Positions 53,369 to 62,471 are shown, counted from the stretch's first letter. The stretch is DNA of 64,000 nt from an uncultured Thermodesulfobacteriota bacterium (GCA_964522545.1 CAZFWM010000003.1:3729-67728); one strand, 5' to 3'. The notes: generated by a model not told the origin, from the sequence alone. Program-made: numbers and translations.

Positions 53369-54869
53369 GCTCTATTTTTCGAATTTTGAACGTCAATCCG
53401 ATCTTGACGAGCCCGGTGGCTATTCCGACCCCTGCACTGATGACGAGCCAGTAGCCGACGCCCGGCATCTGGCGTATCATCACGGCCCAGGAGACGCCGA
53501 CGATCCGGGGCAGGCCGATCAAAATAAAAAGAGGCCAGACTATCCCGCCCGCAAGGCCCGGGACTGTTTTTCGTATCGAAGTGCTACCTTTTGAGACCTG
53601 CGCGACGAGTTGTTTGTACCAGCGGCCGATGAGCACATTCTCTTTGATCTGGCCGGCGGAAATCAGAATCACTCCCACCGTTATCAGAAGGTAGAGTGTT
53701 CCGAGGCTGAACCTGGAGCGGTCCGGATCCCGTCCCGTGAGGAGCGCGGCCACTCCGTTGGCCAGCCGGTGGCTTGTCCTTCCGCCGAACATGCTCGATA
53801 CGTTCGTCAGCACCACCACGCCCCACCGCTCTTCCGGCAGGATCACCAGCTTGCCGCGGAAGTGGGGCACGATCCCGCCGTGATGCAGTGCCGGTACACC
53901 GTGTATGGGGCCCACACGCCAGCCCATGGCATAGTCGAATCCCTCGCCTTTGGCGGCTGGGCGGTGTAGCTCGCTCATGCCATGGGGTGAGATGATCCCG
54001 GTCCCGCGAAACGTTCCTTCGTTGAGGTGGGCAATGAGGTAGTGGGCCATGTCTTCGGCACTGGAGATCAACGCTGCGGTCGGCAGCCGGTCGGTTTCGT
54101 GCCGCAGGTCGGCGGCCACGGGATGCCCGAACCAGAGCCGGTGCCCGCTGGCCATGCCGGCCCGGGTCGCATCCGCCATGGAGACGAAGCTGTGATCCAT
54201 CTCCAGGGGGGTGAAGATATACTGCTCCACATACTCGCCGAAAGGCTGTCCCGAGACGGTCTCCACGAGCAGACCGAGCACCTGGTAATTCGCGCTGGAA
54301 TACTGATGGCGGGTTCCCGGTGGATGTTCGACCGTCGCCGTCCGGAGGACCCGCACATGGTCTTCCAGCGTGCTGTCGTCGTCTTTTGCATAGGGTGCTT
54401 TTCGCGGCAGGCCGCTCGTGTGGTGGAGCAGGTGGCGGATCGTGATGATTTTCGATGCATCGGGAGAGGCGACGCAAAACCACGGAAGGTATTGCCGTAC
54501 AGGCGCGTCCAGGTCGATCTTGCCGGCCTCGTGAAGCTGCATGACGGCCAGGGCCGTGAAGGACTTGCTCATGGATCCCAGGACGAAGCCGGTCCGGGGC
54601 GTGATCCGGCGTCCCTCCGGTCCGTCTACACCGAAGCCGCGTGCGTGAACGATCCGATCTCCGCGCACGATCGCCAGGGCCGCACCCGGAACGCGGTCGG
54701 CCTCCAGCTCGGCTTCGATATAGGCATCGACGGCGGAAAAATCGGGCCCGCCGGGCTGTGTGGGATCAGACGATGACATTACCCTGCCGGCCGCGGCGAG
54801 GATGCCGCACGCCGTGAACAGGAGAAACAGGAGCGTCGCTGTTTTGCTGGATTTCAGGGACATGGGCAC
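53361..54869 (-). CDS. Beta-lactamase-family serine hydrolase with a C-terminal multi-TM region
   Basis: Signal or lipoprotein-like N-terminus, SxxK motif (GSMSKSF), YSSANY, and three or four C-terminal hydrophobic helices. Confidence 0.75.
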   Translation of the reverse strand: MPMSLKSSKTATLLFLLFTACGILAAAGRVMSSSDPTQPGGPDFSAVDAYIEAELEADRVPGAALAIVRGDRIVHARGFGVDGPEGRRITPRTGFVLGSMSKSFTALAVMQLHEAGKIDLDAPVRQYLPWFCVASPDASKIITIRHLLHHTSGLPRKAPYAKDDDSTLEDHVRVLRTATVEHPPGTRHQYSSANYQVLGLLVETVSGQPFGEYVEQYIFTPLEMDHSFVSMADATRAGMASGHRLWFGHPVAADLRHETDRLPTAALISSAEDMAHYLIAHLNEGTFRGTGIISPHGMSELHRPAAKGEGFDYAMGWRVGPIHGVPALHHGGIVPHFRGKLVILPEERWGVVVLTNVSSMFGGRTSHRLANGVAALLTGRDPDRSRFSLGTLYLLITVGVILISAGQIKENVLIGRWYKQLVAQVSKGSTSIRKTVPGLAGGIVWPLFILIGLPRIVGVSWAVMIRQMPGVGYWLVISAGVGIATGLVKIGLTFKIRKIEHE

Positions 54870-54887
54870 CGGTCCGTCGTGAACTCG

Positions 54888-55106
54888 CTATTTTTGTAAA
54901 AGGGCAAGGATTTCTTCTTCCTCGGGAAATCGACCGGTCCGGTGCTTGGAATAAATCAGGTTCCCGTCGGCAACCACGTCGAAAATGCCGTTGCTGCCTC
55001 GGATCAGCTCGGCTTCGATGCCGAGCTCCTTTGAGAGTCTGGCCGCCAGACTGGAGGCCTTTGGCTGGTAGTTTCAAGAGCCGCAATAAGTTATCGAGAT
55101 CTTCAT
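54888..55106 (-). CDS. SelW/Rdx-family selenoprotein with an in-frame TGA (Sec) at codon 11
   Basis: My own translation: MKISITYCGS-U-NYQPKASSLAARLSKELGIEAELIRGSNGIFDVVADGNLIYSKHRTGRFPEEEEILALLQK. The CxxU redox motif has its TGA at 55076-55074. AAGGAG RBS before the ATG at 55106, and a hairpin lies downstream of the TGA. Not in the ORF track. Confidence 0.75.
55026..55056 (-). promoter_or_regulatory. Candidate bacterial SECIS hairpin of the SelW-like gene
   Basis: RNA sense: CUCC-AGUCUGG-cgg-CCAGACU-cucaaa-GGAG, starting about 18-21 nt 3' of the UGA. The apical-loop features of a SECIS cannot be verified by eye. Confidence 0.4.
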
Positions 55107-55198
55107 CAGTTCTCCTTTTTAATTGATCCTGGGGTTTGCACCCCAGGCTACATGACCTGACCCCTTCGGGGTCAATTGGATTTCTTGCGTTGAACTTC

Positions 55199-55552
55199 TT
55201 ATTTTTTCATAAAGAGGTACGCGGCCAGACCGACGAGAATCACGGCGAAAATCTTCTTGAAATGCGCCGTGGAGACATGCTCCACCAGGCGCGCTCCGAA
55301 CTGGGCGCCGATGATCCCTCCGATGCCGAGCAGAAGGCCCAGCTTGTAGTCCACATTGGCAAACTTATTGTGGGCGATCAGGGCCGAGATGGATATGACG
55401 AGGATCGCGAGGAACGATGTCCCCACGGCCTTTTGCGCGGGGTGCCCCAGAAAGAGGAGAAACGGGACCAGCAGAAAGCCGCCTCCCAGTCCGGTGAAGG
55501 AGGCACCGATCCCCACGATGATTCCGCTACCCACCATGGCCAGCATGTTCAT
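55199..55552 (-). CDS. Half-size TauE/SafE (TSUP, DUF81) family membrane protein
   Basis: 117 aa with four hydrophobic helices. G.GGG.L.VP.L and AVGTS motifs typical of TSUP. Confidence 0.65.
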   Translation of the reverse strand: MNMLAMVGSGIIVGIGASFTGLGGGFLLVPFLLFLGHPAQKAVGTSFLAILVISISALIAHNKFANVDYKLGLLLGIGGIIGAQFGARLVEHVSTAHFKKIFAVILVGLAAYLFMKK

Positions 55553-55589
55553 TGTTGTTGAACTCCTTCCTTATTTTCGCAGCCGAGGA

Positions 55590-56570
55590 TTATATATCAA
55601 ACTTTTGTTTGACGCGCACCCACTGGTAAGTGAGAAAACGCGACGGTTGGCCTGTCGGCTCGAATGGGAGCGGCTCCATCAGCTGTTTTGCGTAGTTCTT
55701 CACCAGCTCGATTTTTCCATCGACGCGGAGGCCGTCGACCGCCTCCACCGCCTCCTTCACCCAGCCCTCCTCGATGAGTTTCGGATCCGCCTCGGCGATT
55801 CCTTCGAGCACGTCGATGAGGTGCGACCGGTAATCCCCGGCCAGGAAGAACTGGGTCATGTGGCGAAAGAGAGGGACATCTTTCTGACTTTTTTTGTAGA
55901 CCCGGTGAATCTTCAGGTATCGGAGCGCCGCCTTCAGGCGCTGGTCGATCGTCCGGGAGCGGTGTTCCGCGGGTACGGCGGCCAGGGCGCGAAACGTTGT
56001 CGCCACCCCGTGGTAGCAGCTCACCGACCACCAGCAGCCGCCGAAATTGTCCACGGCCTTGAAGGGCCATTTCTTCCTTCCGCCGGACCGGGTCTTCTTG
56101 TGGTCGAAGCGCTGATAGTCGACGATCCACTGAAGGGATGACCGGACCGCCGGGTCGTCATGGCCGGCCAGAGATATGAGCGCCCTGCAGAGAACGCCTA
56201 CGTAACAGGGGAGCACGCCCGAGCCCCCGGTGGTGCAGGAGAAGGTCCCTTCGATCGTATGCTTACGGCGCAGGAAAGAGAGGGCCCTGGCGACCGGCTC
56301 GTCGCGGATGTCCATGCCGCAGCGGTCCATGAGGCAGAGCGCAGCAAATGTGGTCCCTGCGGTAGGGGTCTTCTGAGTATAAGGAAAGCTGCCGTCATCC
56401 TTCTGCAGCGCCAGGAGCTGCTGGAGCGGCTCCCATGCGAATATCTCCCGGCGCAGCGATTTCAAGGCCCGCGCCGAGGGCCCGGGCCGGGTCAGGTGGC
56501 AGGCCGTGAGGTAGCGTACCGGTGGATTCTCCGGAGAGGAGAGCCAGTCGATGAGAGATTTATCGGTCAT
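55590..56570 (-). CDS. Hypothetical protein, possibly an alpha/alpha-toroid (prenyltransferase/terpene-cyclase repeat-like) fold
   Basis: 326 aa. QKDDGSF and EGTF repeat-like motifs. No catalytic motif recognised. Confidence 0.3.
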   Translation of the reverse strand: MTDKSLIDWLSSPENPPVRYLTACHLTRPGPSARALKSLRREIFAWEPLQQLLALQKDDGSFPYTQKTPTAGTTFAALCLMDRCGMDIRDEPVARALSFLRRKHTIEGTFSCTTGGSGVLPCYVGVLCRALISLAGHDDPAVRSSLQWIVDYQRFDHKKTRSGGRKKWPFKAVDNFGGCWWSVSCYHGVATTFRALAAVPAEHRSRTIDQRLKAALRYLKIHRVYKKSQKDVPLFRHMTQFFLAGDYRSHLIDVLEGIAEADPKLIEEGWVKEAVEAVDGLRVDGKIELVKNYAKQLMEPLPFEPTGQPSRFLTYQWVRVKQKFDI

Positions 56571-56579
56571 GGTTGCTCA

Positions 56580-57017
56580 TTATTTGGAGAAGTTGTCGAT
56601 GACGATGACAAAAACGCCCAGGCCGATGGTCACGACGCCGAACAATCGCACGAATAAGACGGACTTCGCAATTCCCATCAGCCGAACTGTCTCCGGTGTG
56701 CTGAATGGAAGTAGGATGCTCACGACACCCAGGAACAAGAGACTCAATCCTATGACGGTCGGCCCCGGATGCCCGCCCATGGCCGCGCTTAAGATAACAC
56801 CCACCAGGAGTATGATCAGGGATAATGCCACGAGGCCCAGAAAAAGACGACTGTATTTCACAGCACGGTCCAGGAACCGTCGGAAATCGTGCTCATATTC
56901 GGGAAGGACGAAGAAGGTTTTCTCTTGAGGATTCAGGCCGAAGCTGTCCGTGGCGAGGGCCGTAATTTCCTTTACGCGCTCGTCTTCCCTGTTGCTCCAG
57001 ATGCATTTTTGATTCAC
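56580..57017 (-). CDS. Hypothetical membrane protein (four predicted TM helices after a soluble N-terminus of about 55 aa)
   Basis: Hydrophobicity pattern only. It lies in line with the flanking minus-strand genes. Confidence 0.45.
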   Translation of the reverse strand: MNQKCIWSNREDERVKEITALATDSFGLNPQEKTFFVLPEYEHDFRRFLDRAVKYSRLFLGLVALSLIILLVGVILSAAMGGHPGPTVIGLSLLFLGVVSILLPFSTPETVRLMGIAKSVLFVRLFGVVTIGLGVFVIVIDNFSK

Positions 57018-57064
57018 GTGTTATTATCCTTCTTCAGGATACTGGCACCGACTGGACTCCGCGA

Positions 57065-57703
57065 CTACGACTTCCTTCGGATTCTGCTGCAAAGATCCAC
57101 CGCCCGATTTACTGCCTGTTGGGCCGCCAGGATTCCCACTACGTCCGAGGCGACCGCTTGTCGGTCATCCCTGTCGGCGTTGACGAGGATGGGGTTGCTG
57201 ATCCCGACTCCGCCGAAGATGGCGCCGCTGTGATGGTGGCTCACCGGGATCATCTCCAGGACCATGAAGCTCCAGATCAGGGAGAGGAGGGTCGTTTCGC
57301 TGCCCGAGTTTCTTCCCCAGCCAACCGTGAGCGCAACGCCCGGCTTATCCCGCATGCATCCCCTGTGGGGCTTGCTGAAGATGAGGGGGCGGGTCCGGTC
57401 CAGGAGGGAGGCCATCCGCCCGCTCATCCGTCCGTAGTAGGCAGGAGAGGCCAGTACCAGGACGTCCGCCTCCTTGATTTTGGTAAGGATGGGTTCCGCG
57501 TCATCCTTCTGCACGCAGATCCGCTCCGGATCCTCGTTATTCAGGCACCAATTGCAGTGTATGCAGTCTGACACCTTTGCCCGGGCCAGCTCGACGATCT
57601 CGATCTCGTGTGCCGTGCGGTCGAGCGCCTCGACAGCCTTTTCGATGTATGTGTACATGTTGCCGCTCTTTATCGGCGATCCGCAAAGAGAAAGCACTTT
57701 CAT
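57065..57703 (-). CDS. NADPH-dependent FMN reductase / iron-sulfur flavoprotein-like protein
   Basis: MKVLSLCGSP...., a Cys cluster C..C..C......C, and ASPAYYG..SG......DR. The ATG at 57703 is chosen over the track extension. Confidence 0.7.
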   Translation of the reverse strand: MKVLSLCGSPIKSGNMYTYIEKAVEALDRTAHEIEIVELARAKVSDCIHCNWCLNNEDPERICVQKDDAEPILTKIKEADVLVLASPAYYGRMSGRMASLLDRTRPLIFSKPHRGCMRDKPGVALTVGWGRNSGSETTLLSLIWSFMVLEMIPVSHHHSGAIFGGVGISNPILVNADRDDRQAVASDVVGILAAQQAVNRAVDLCSRIRRKS

Positions 57704-57768
57704 GCTGTTACCTTTCGTGCCCCAAGCCTCCGGGAACAAGGACAGGTGGTTTTGCCCGTCGACTTCGG

Positions 57769-58899
57769 TTACTCCAGGATATGGATGTTTTTCTTTTTAC
57801 AGATATCTTTGAGAATTTTAGGCCATACAGTCACACTGACCTCACCGATGTGTGCCTTCTTGAGAATATACATGTAGGTTCGGGATTGTCCGATTCCCCC
57901 CCCAATGCTCAGCGGAATATCGTCATGCATGATTGCCTTGTGGTACGGTAGTTCGAGGAAGTCAAGCTGCCCGCTCATTTCCAGCTGTTTCATGAGAGTA
58001 TCTTTGGTAACGCGGATACCCATGGAGGTCAGCTCGTGACGACGCTTCGTCACGGGGTTCCAGACGAGAATATCGCCATTGAGCCCATGCAGGGGCGTTC
58101 CATCTTCGGAGACCGTCTCCTCGACCCAATCGTCGTAATCCGCCGCACGCATTTCGTGGGGATAACCGTCCTTGAGGGGCCAGCCGATTCCGATGATAAA
58201 GAGTGCGGGGTATTTCTTTATGATCTCGGTCTCACGGGCCTTGCGCGGCAGGTCGGGATACATGTCGAGGATCTCTTCGGCGTGGAGGAAGGTCAGCTCC
58301 TCCGGTAAATCGGGATATTTGTCTGTTTTCAACTGTGGGAACATCTCCTGGACGTGTATCTCAGCCCCTCTCAGGACTTTCCAGATCTTTCGCACGACCT
58401 CCTTCAGGTACTCGAGGTTGCGATGTTCTTTTGTGATCACCTGTTCCCAGTCCCATTGGTCCACATAGGCGCTGTGGTCATGGTCGAGGAAGTAGTCCTT
58501 GCGCACGGCCCGCATGTCGGTGCAGATCCCTTCGCCCACCTTGCAATCGAACTGCTTGAGGGCGATACGCTTCCACTTCGTTGCGGCCTGTACGACCTGA
58601 GCATCCACAGGATTCTTGTCATAGTCATTTGAAATGTGAAACTGAATGGGGGTGCGCGAACCGTCACGGTCCAGCAGATCATTGACGCCGCTGTCGACGT
58701 CCACGATCAGAGGAACCGAGACCATCATCAGATAGAGTTCCTTGCAGAGATTCTCCTCGATGTAATTCTTTACTGCATAGACGGCGCTTTGCGTTTCCCT
58801 CGGTGTCAGGAGCGAGCTGTAGTCCTGTGGTAGAATTTTCTCCAGTTCGTCATAGTCTCCGATTCCCGGCCCTGCCAGGTCTGCTTTCTTGTCTGACAT
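57769..58899 (-). CDS. asnA: Aspartate-ammonia ligase (asparagine synthetase A)
   Basis: YVDQWDWE, LNGDILVWNP......ELSSMGIRV-like block (LTSMGIRV) and IGGGIGQSR. AT-richer than the core. Confidence 0.9.
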   Translation of the reverse strand: MSDKKADLAGPGIGDYDELEKILPQDYSSLLTPRETQSAVYAVKNYIEENLCKELYLMMVSVPLIVDVDSGVNDLLDRDGSRTPIQFHISNDYDKNPVDAQVVQAATKWKRIALKQFDCKVGEGICTDMRAVRKDYFLDHDHSAYVDQWDWEQVITKEHRNLEYLKEVVRKIWKVLRGAEIHVQEMFPQLKTDKYPDLPEELTFLHAEEILDMYPDLPRKARETEIIKKYPALFIIGIGWPLKDGYPHEMRAADYDDWVEETVSEDGTPLHGLNGDILVWNPVTKRRHELTSMGIRVTKDTLMKQLEMSGQLDFLELPYHKAIMHDDIPLSIGGGIGQSRTYMYILKKAHIGEVSVTVWPKILKDICKKKNIHILE

Positions 58900-59012
58900 T
58901 TCATTCCTCCTGGTTTTTTATGGATTGCCGATTCGTCGCGGTAAGGATCATACTCTAATACGAATAGCTAGATTCAGGCAACACAACGTCAATCTCCCCC
59001 GAACGAGCCTGT

Positions 59013-59669
59013 TTAGACATCAGAGAATTCCTGGACCATGTACTGTTGGTGTATGCGCGCGCCGTCCCGAGTCCGCATTCCCGGAATGGGCAGAGGGGAC
59101 CCAACGCGGCGAAAACCCATGCGTTCGAAGAATGAGAGGGCATCTTTATTCTCCGCCAGCATGGCGAGGTGACAGCCCGACGAACCCATGGTCGCGAGTC
59201 GACCGAACCATGCGTGCATGAGGGCGGCCCCGGCCCCTGCGCCGCGTGCCTCTGGCAGAAGGTTGATATGGAGGTGTGACGGCCAGCGAGCGTCGTCGAG
59301 CTCACCGGGCGGAAGCGGTGTGCCTCGCAGTACGTCTCGGAGGGAGCGACCCAAGAAGCTGGCGGTGCCACGCCGGAACAGTAGGAATCGGCTGATTATT
59401 TGGCGGGCGAAGGTGGATGCCAAGCTCGGCGACCGGGTCGTGTCGACGCAGCCGAGCAGGTACCCGACGACGAGGTCGGAGCGTACGGCCACGAATGACG
59501 ATTCAGGCTCCTGATCGGTGTAATAGGCCGACCAGATATTCGCGAAGCTGTCGAGATCGCGCCAGAACCAGTCCACCGGCTCGCCCATATAGCCGGTGAG
59601 ATAACAGATTTCGCGGATCCGTTGGCGATCGCTCGGACGATACGGTCGAATCGAGACTCCGGTATTCAT
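59013..59669 (-). CDS. GNAT-family N-acetyltransferase
   Basis: Acetyl-CoA-binding-like motif (LLPEARGAGAGAALM) and a C-terminal FFERMGF. Confidence 0.7.
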   Translation of the reverse strand: MNTGVSIRPYRPSDRQRIREICYLTGYMGEPVDWFWRDLDSFANIWSAYYTDQEPESSFVAVRSDLVVGYLLGCVDTTRSPSLASTFARQIISRFLLFRRGTASFLGRSLRDVLRGTPLPPGELDDARWPSHLHINLLPEARGAGAGAALMHAWFGRLATMGSSGCHLAMLAENKDALSFFERMGFRRVGSPLPIPGMRTRDGARIHQQYMVQEFSDV

Positions 59670-59691
59670 TTTTGTGCGGTAGCTAGTTCTT

Positions 59692-59786
59692 GTCCGGAAA
59701 TGTCATTCCAAGGCGGTAGCCGAGGAATCTGGAGTTGTCAACCGATTGCAATTGTGAGGATCCTCAGGACCTTCGGAATGACATAC
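59692..59786. repeat. Family C palindrome, copy C2
   Basis: GTCCGGAAATGTCATTCCAAGGCGGTAGCCGAGGAATCT (59692-59730) ... GAGGATCCTCAGGACCTTCGGAATGACATAC (59756-59786). It lies between the GNAT and DUF1080-like genes. Confidence 0.8.
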
Positions 59787-59801
59787 TTTCAATGTCGAAC
59801 C

Positions 59802-60476
59802 TCAATCGTCGGCGGATTCGACTTCAAAATCGTCGAATCCCGTGGTGGCATCCGCTTTCGTCCACAGTCCCACCATGCCCGCGTCCGGAAACGTATCGTC
59901 TCTGAGCTCGATGAGCTTTCTGCCGTCGAACTCCGCGACGAGCCTGTTTCCCTTGTGCTCGATTTTGATTTTGTGCCAGGCGGTGGGATCGGCCTTAATC
60001 GTGGCTGTGCCTATTTGTTTGCGACGACCGTTCTTCACGAAATAGACCCGGAAGTTGTCTTCCAGAGGATTCCAGCGGGAAATGTAATAGTTGTTTTCAT
60101 CCTTGGCCCGCCAGATCGGGCCCCCGCCCTGATCTTCCTTTCCTCCCAGGGCCTTCACCATTACTTCTATTTCGAGATCTTTGAATTGTGTCTTTTGAGC
60201 AATCAACAGATTGTACGTCTGTCCGGAGTTTTTGCTCTCGGTCAGGGCAACGATCTGTGATTTGCTTTGAGCCGAGACATCGGCAACGACCTTCCAGGTC
60301 GCCCTGGTCCCTGTTCCGGACGTTTCGGTCGCCCGAAATCCTTTAGGCAGGCCGCCAATCTGTTCCCCATCAAAAGTCCACTCAAATTCGCCGCCCTGGT
60401 CGCCTTTCTCGGCAGACAGTAGTCCGGCCGGCGCCAACAGAGCGACGGACAGCACCGTGGCAATAAATACACGCAT
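59802..60476 (-). CDS. Secreted DUF1080-like (LamG/jelly-roll, 3-keto-disaccharide-hydrolase family) protein
   Basis: Signal peptide. W.V.......AL........LL....F.D.E.E...K.......GG......D..NYY and GLWTK....FDDF are typical of DUF1080. Confidence 0.55.
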   Translation of the reverse strand: MRVFIATVLSVALLAPAGLLSAEKGDQGGEFEWTFDGEQIGGLPKGFRATETSGTGTRATWKVVADVSAQSKSQIVALTESKNSGQTYNLLIAQKTQFKDLEIEVMVKALGGKEDQGGGPIWRAKDENNYYISRWNPLEDNFRVYFVKNGRRKQIGTATIKADPTAWHKIKIEHKGNRLVAEFDGRKLIELRDDTFPDAGMVGLWTKADATTGFDDFEVESADD

Positions 60477-60512
60477 GATATTACCCCCTTTCATGTTTAA
60501 CTGTATTGTTGG

Positions 60513-60953
60513 CTATTGTATTTGCCCTGCAAGGAACCATAATGAGTATAGGATTACCCAAATGGCAATAATAAACATTATAGAAAAGAAAAATGCCGCG
60601 ACTTTCATATCCTTGGCGGTGCCGATCCTGACGCCTCCCTTGCTCAGGCTTATATATTTTGCCGCCTCCCTGCCCGCCCCATCCAGGTAGATCCCGCCGG
60701 CTATCAGCGATATGAAGGGCCACAGCTTGTTGTTGGTGAGCATCAGGAGGCCGGATGCCACAAGGGTCCAGAGTACGAAGGTATCCCATCTCGCTGCGTT
60801 CGCCTCGGCTCTCCGAAACAAAGGATCCGTACCTTCGCTCTTTTCCTGGAGGCCCAGCTTCTGCGCAAGGGAAAAGCTGGTGCCGGATATTAGCTGTCCG
60901 ATCCATCCAAACCCGCCAAACAGCACACAGATGATTCCTAATCCTATCCTCAT
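60513..60953 (-). CDS. Hypothetical membrane protein (four TM helices)
   Basis: Hydrophobicity only. I chose the ATG at 60953, just after the upstream stop at 60955. The track start at 61073 would overlap the upstream gene. Confidence 0.45.
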   Translation of the reverse strand: MRIGLGIICVLFGGFGWIGQLISGTSFSLAQKLGLQEKSEGTDPLFRRAEANAARWDTFVLWTLVASGLLMLTNNKLWPFISLIAGGIYLDGAGREAAKYISLSKGGVRIGTAKDMKVAAFFFSIMFIIAIWVILYSLWFLAGQIQ

Positions 60954-60954
60954 T

Positions 60955-61839
60955 TTATTTCCCCCGATGCGTCTGGTGGAACTCCAGAAGAATGGAAATC
61001 GATCGATCGAGATAGTCTTTGAAATTGCTCCGGTCGGACCAGACCGCCAGAAGTGCATCTTCGAGGGGCGCAAGCTGCGGATAGTTCGAGCGCGCGAAGT
61101 ACTCCCCGGGCCTGGCCAGGCCCGGCCAGAGCGGATGCAGTGACGCGTCGCTCAGGATGAAAACAGCGGTGATCTCGGAGAAGGCCCACACGCGCCAGTC
61201 GTCGAGCTCCGATCGGTCGTGCCGGGCACGAAAGAGCTGGAAGAGATGAGACAGGACGATCTCATGGGCCACGATACGTCGCTTCATCTCCGGCGACAGG
61301 TCGTACCGGGCCGCGATCCTGTTGCCGTGCCAGTCGCTCAACCCGGGGTGAAACGCCGATACCACGCAGATGTAGCCCCCGTGAAACCACCCGTGCTCTG
61401 TCAGGGTCGTCACTGTCCCGGAAAACGTCTCTACCATCGGCTGCCAGAGTGCAGAGTATTCCTGTCGTGCGCGTTCGAGTGACGTTGCCAGCTGGTCGTA
61501 CCGTTCATCCACAAGCTTTGAAAGGACCTGCGCCACTGCGTCATAGCTCTCGGCCTGGTGGATTCGCTCCGCCACATCGAGGGGGATTCCCATCGAGGCG
61601 GCACGCGAGGCCAGGCCTGCGGGGTCGTCAGTGTTCAGAATCCCGTATATGCGAGTGCGGTCGAACCCCTTGTCGATGATGAACTCGATGTCCAGGATGC
61701 GCGCGGCCTCTCGTGAAAGCGAAGAAGCCGTATCAATGGATTCGGCTCGCTCTACCTGAACTTGTGGGTTGCAGGCGACCAGTGCCAGAATCAGTAGTCC
61801 ACCGGTCAACGCGCAAGATGCATGACTGGATCGGGTCAT
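60955..61839 (-). CDS. Hypothetical lipoprotein
   Basis: Lipobox-like LILALVAC at the N-terminus. No catalytic motif is securely recognised (AHEIVLSH is not a clean HExxH). Confidence 0.5.
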   Translation of the reverse strand: MTRSSHASCALTGGLLILALVACNPQVQVERAESIDTASSLSREAARILDIEFIIDKGFDRTRIYGILNTDDPAGLASRAASMGIPLDVAERIHQAESYDAVAQVLSKLVDERYDQLATSLERARQEYSALWQPMVETFSGTVTTLTEHGWFHGGYICVVSAFHPGLSDWHGNRIAARYDLSPEMKRRIVAHEIVLSHLFQLFRARHDRSELDDWRVWAFSEITAVFILSDASLHPLWPGLARPGEYFARSNYPQLAPLEDALLAVWSDRSNFKDYLDRSISILLEFHQTHRGK

Positions 61840-61864
61840 CTGAGTTGCTCATTTTTGCCGCTGG

Positions 61865-62470
61865 TTATGGGAACTCCCTGTACGGACCGAATCCATAGTA
61901 TTTGGGCCGGCGGTCCAATCTTACATGCAACCAGGCGACTCCGCCACCTGCGGTGCTCAGCCAGACAGGCCGATTCGTGATTCTCTGCTGCATGGTTCGG
62001 CCGATGACCTGCCACAAAGCATGATTCTGTAGACCGGGACCGTCTCTCGTGAATGCCGCGAGATGGGCGTATGCGGAGTCGAGAGCCCGTGGAGAAGGAG
62101 CCACGAGCACGGCGTCTCTGCCGAGATTTTCGAAGACGACGATTCCGGAATCCGATTCGGCATCGGAGAAATATCTTGCGAACACCTCCGGCTCTGGGGG
62201 GAGGTCAAGGAATGGACTGTCGAGGAGCACGAATTCAAAGTCCCGGCTCACCGTGTCTAGGGTGACGGGCGGGGTTTCCCAGCGAAAAGCGGAAAAAGGG
62301 GCGTCGGCCAGGAGTGATATGAAAAAGGATCGAAACGATTCGTTGTGTTGCCACAAGTCCAATGCGTCGGCGTAGCACATCGAATCTGCGTTGTTGATAA
62401 TACGGAGCTTATGAACACGGCCGTTGTTCGAAATATCGAGTTTGCAGCTGAACATTTGCAGTTCGCCCAC
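61865..62470 (-). CDS. Hypothetical protein
   Basis: 201-aa ORF with protein-like composition. No motif recognised. Confidence 0.4.
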   Translation of the reverse strand: MGELQMFSCKLDISNNGRVHKLRIINNADSMCYADALDLWQHNESFRSFFISLLADAPFSAFRWETPPVTLDTVSRDFEFVLLDSPFLDLPPEPEVFARYFSDAESDSGIVVFENLGRDAVLVAPSPRALDSAYAHLAAFTRDGPGLQNHALWQVIGRTMQQRITNRPVWLSTAGGGVAWLHVRLDRRPKYYGFGPYREFP

Positions 62471-62471
62471 T

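Noticed and set aside
54766-55086. 106-aa track ORF on the minus strand.
   Set aside because: It lies in a different frame from the SelW-like reading, has an Arg/Gly-rich composition, and has no RBS. The Sec-containing frame explains the region better.
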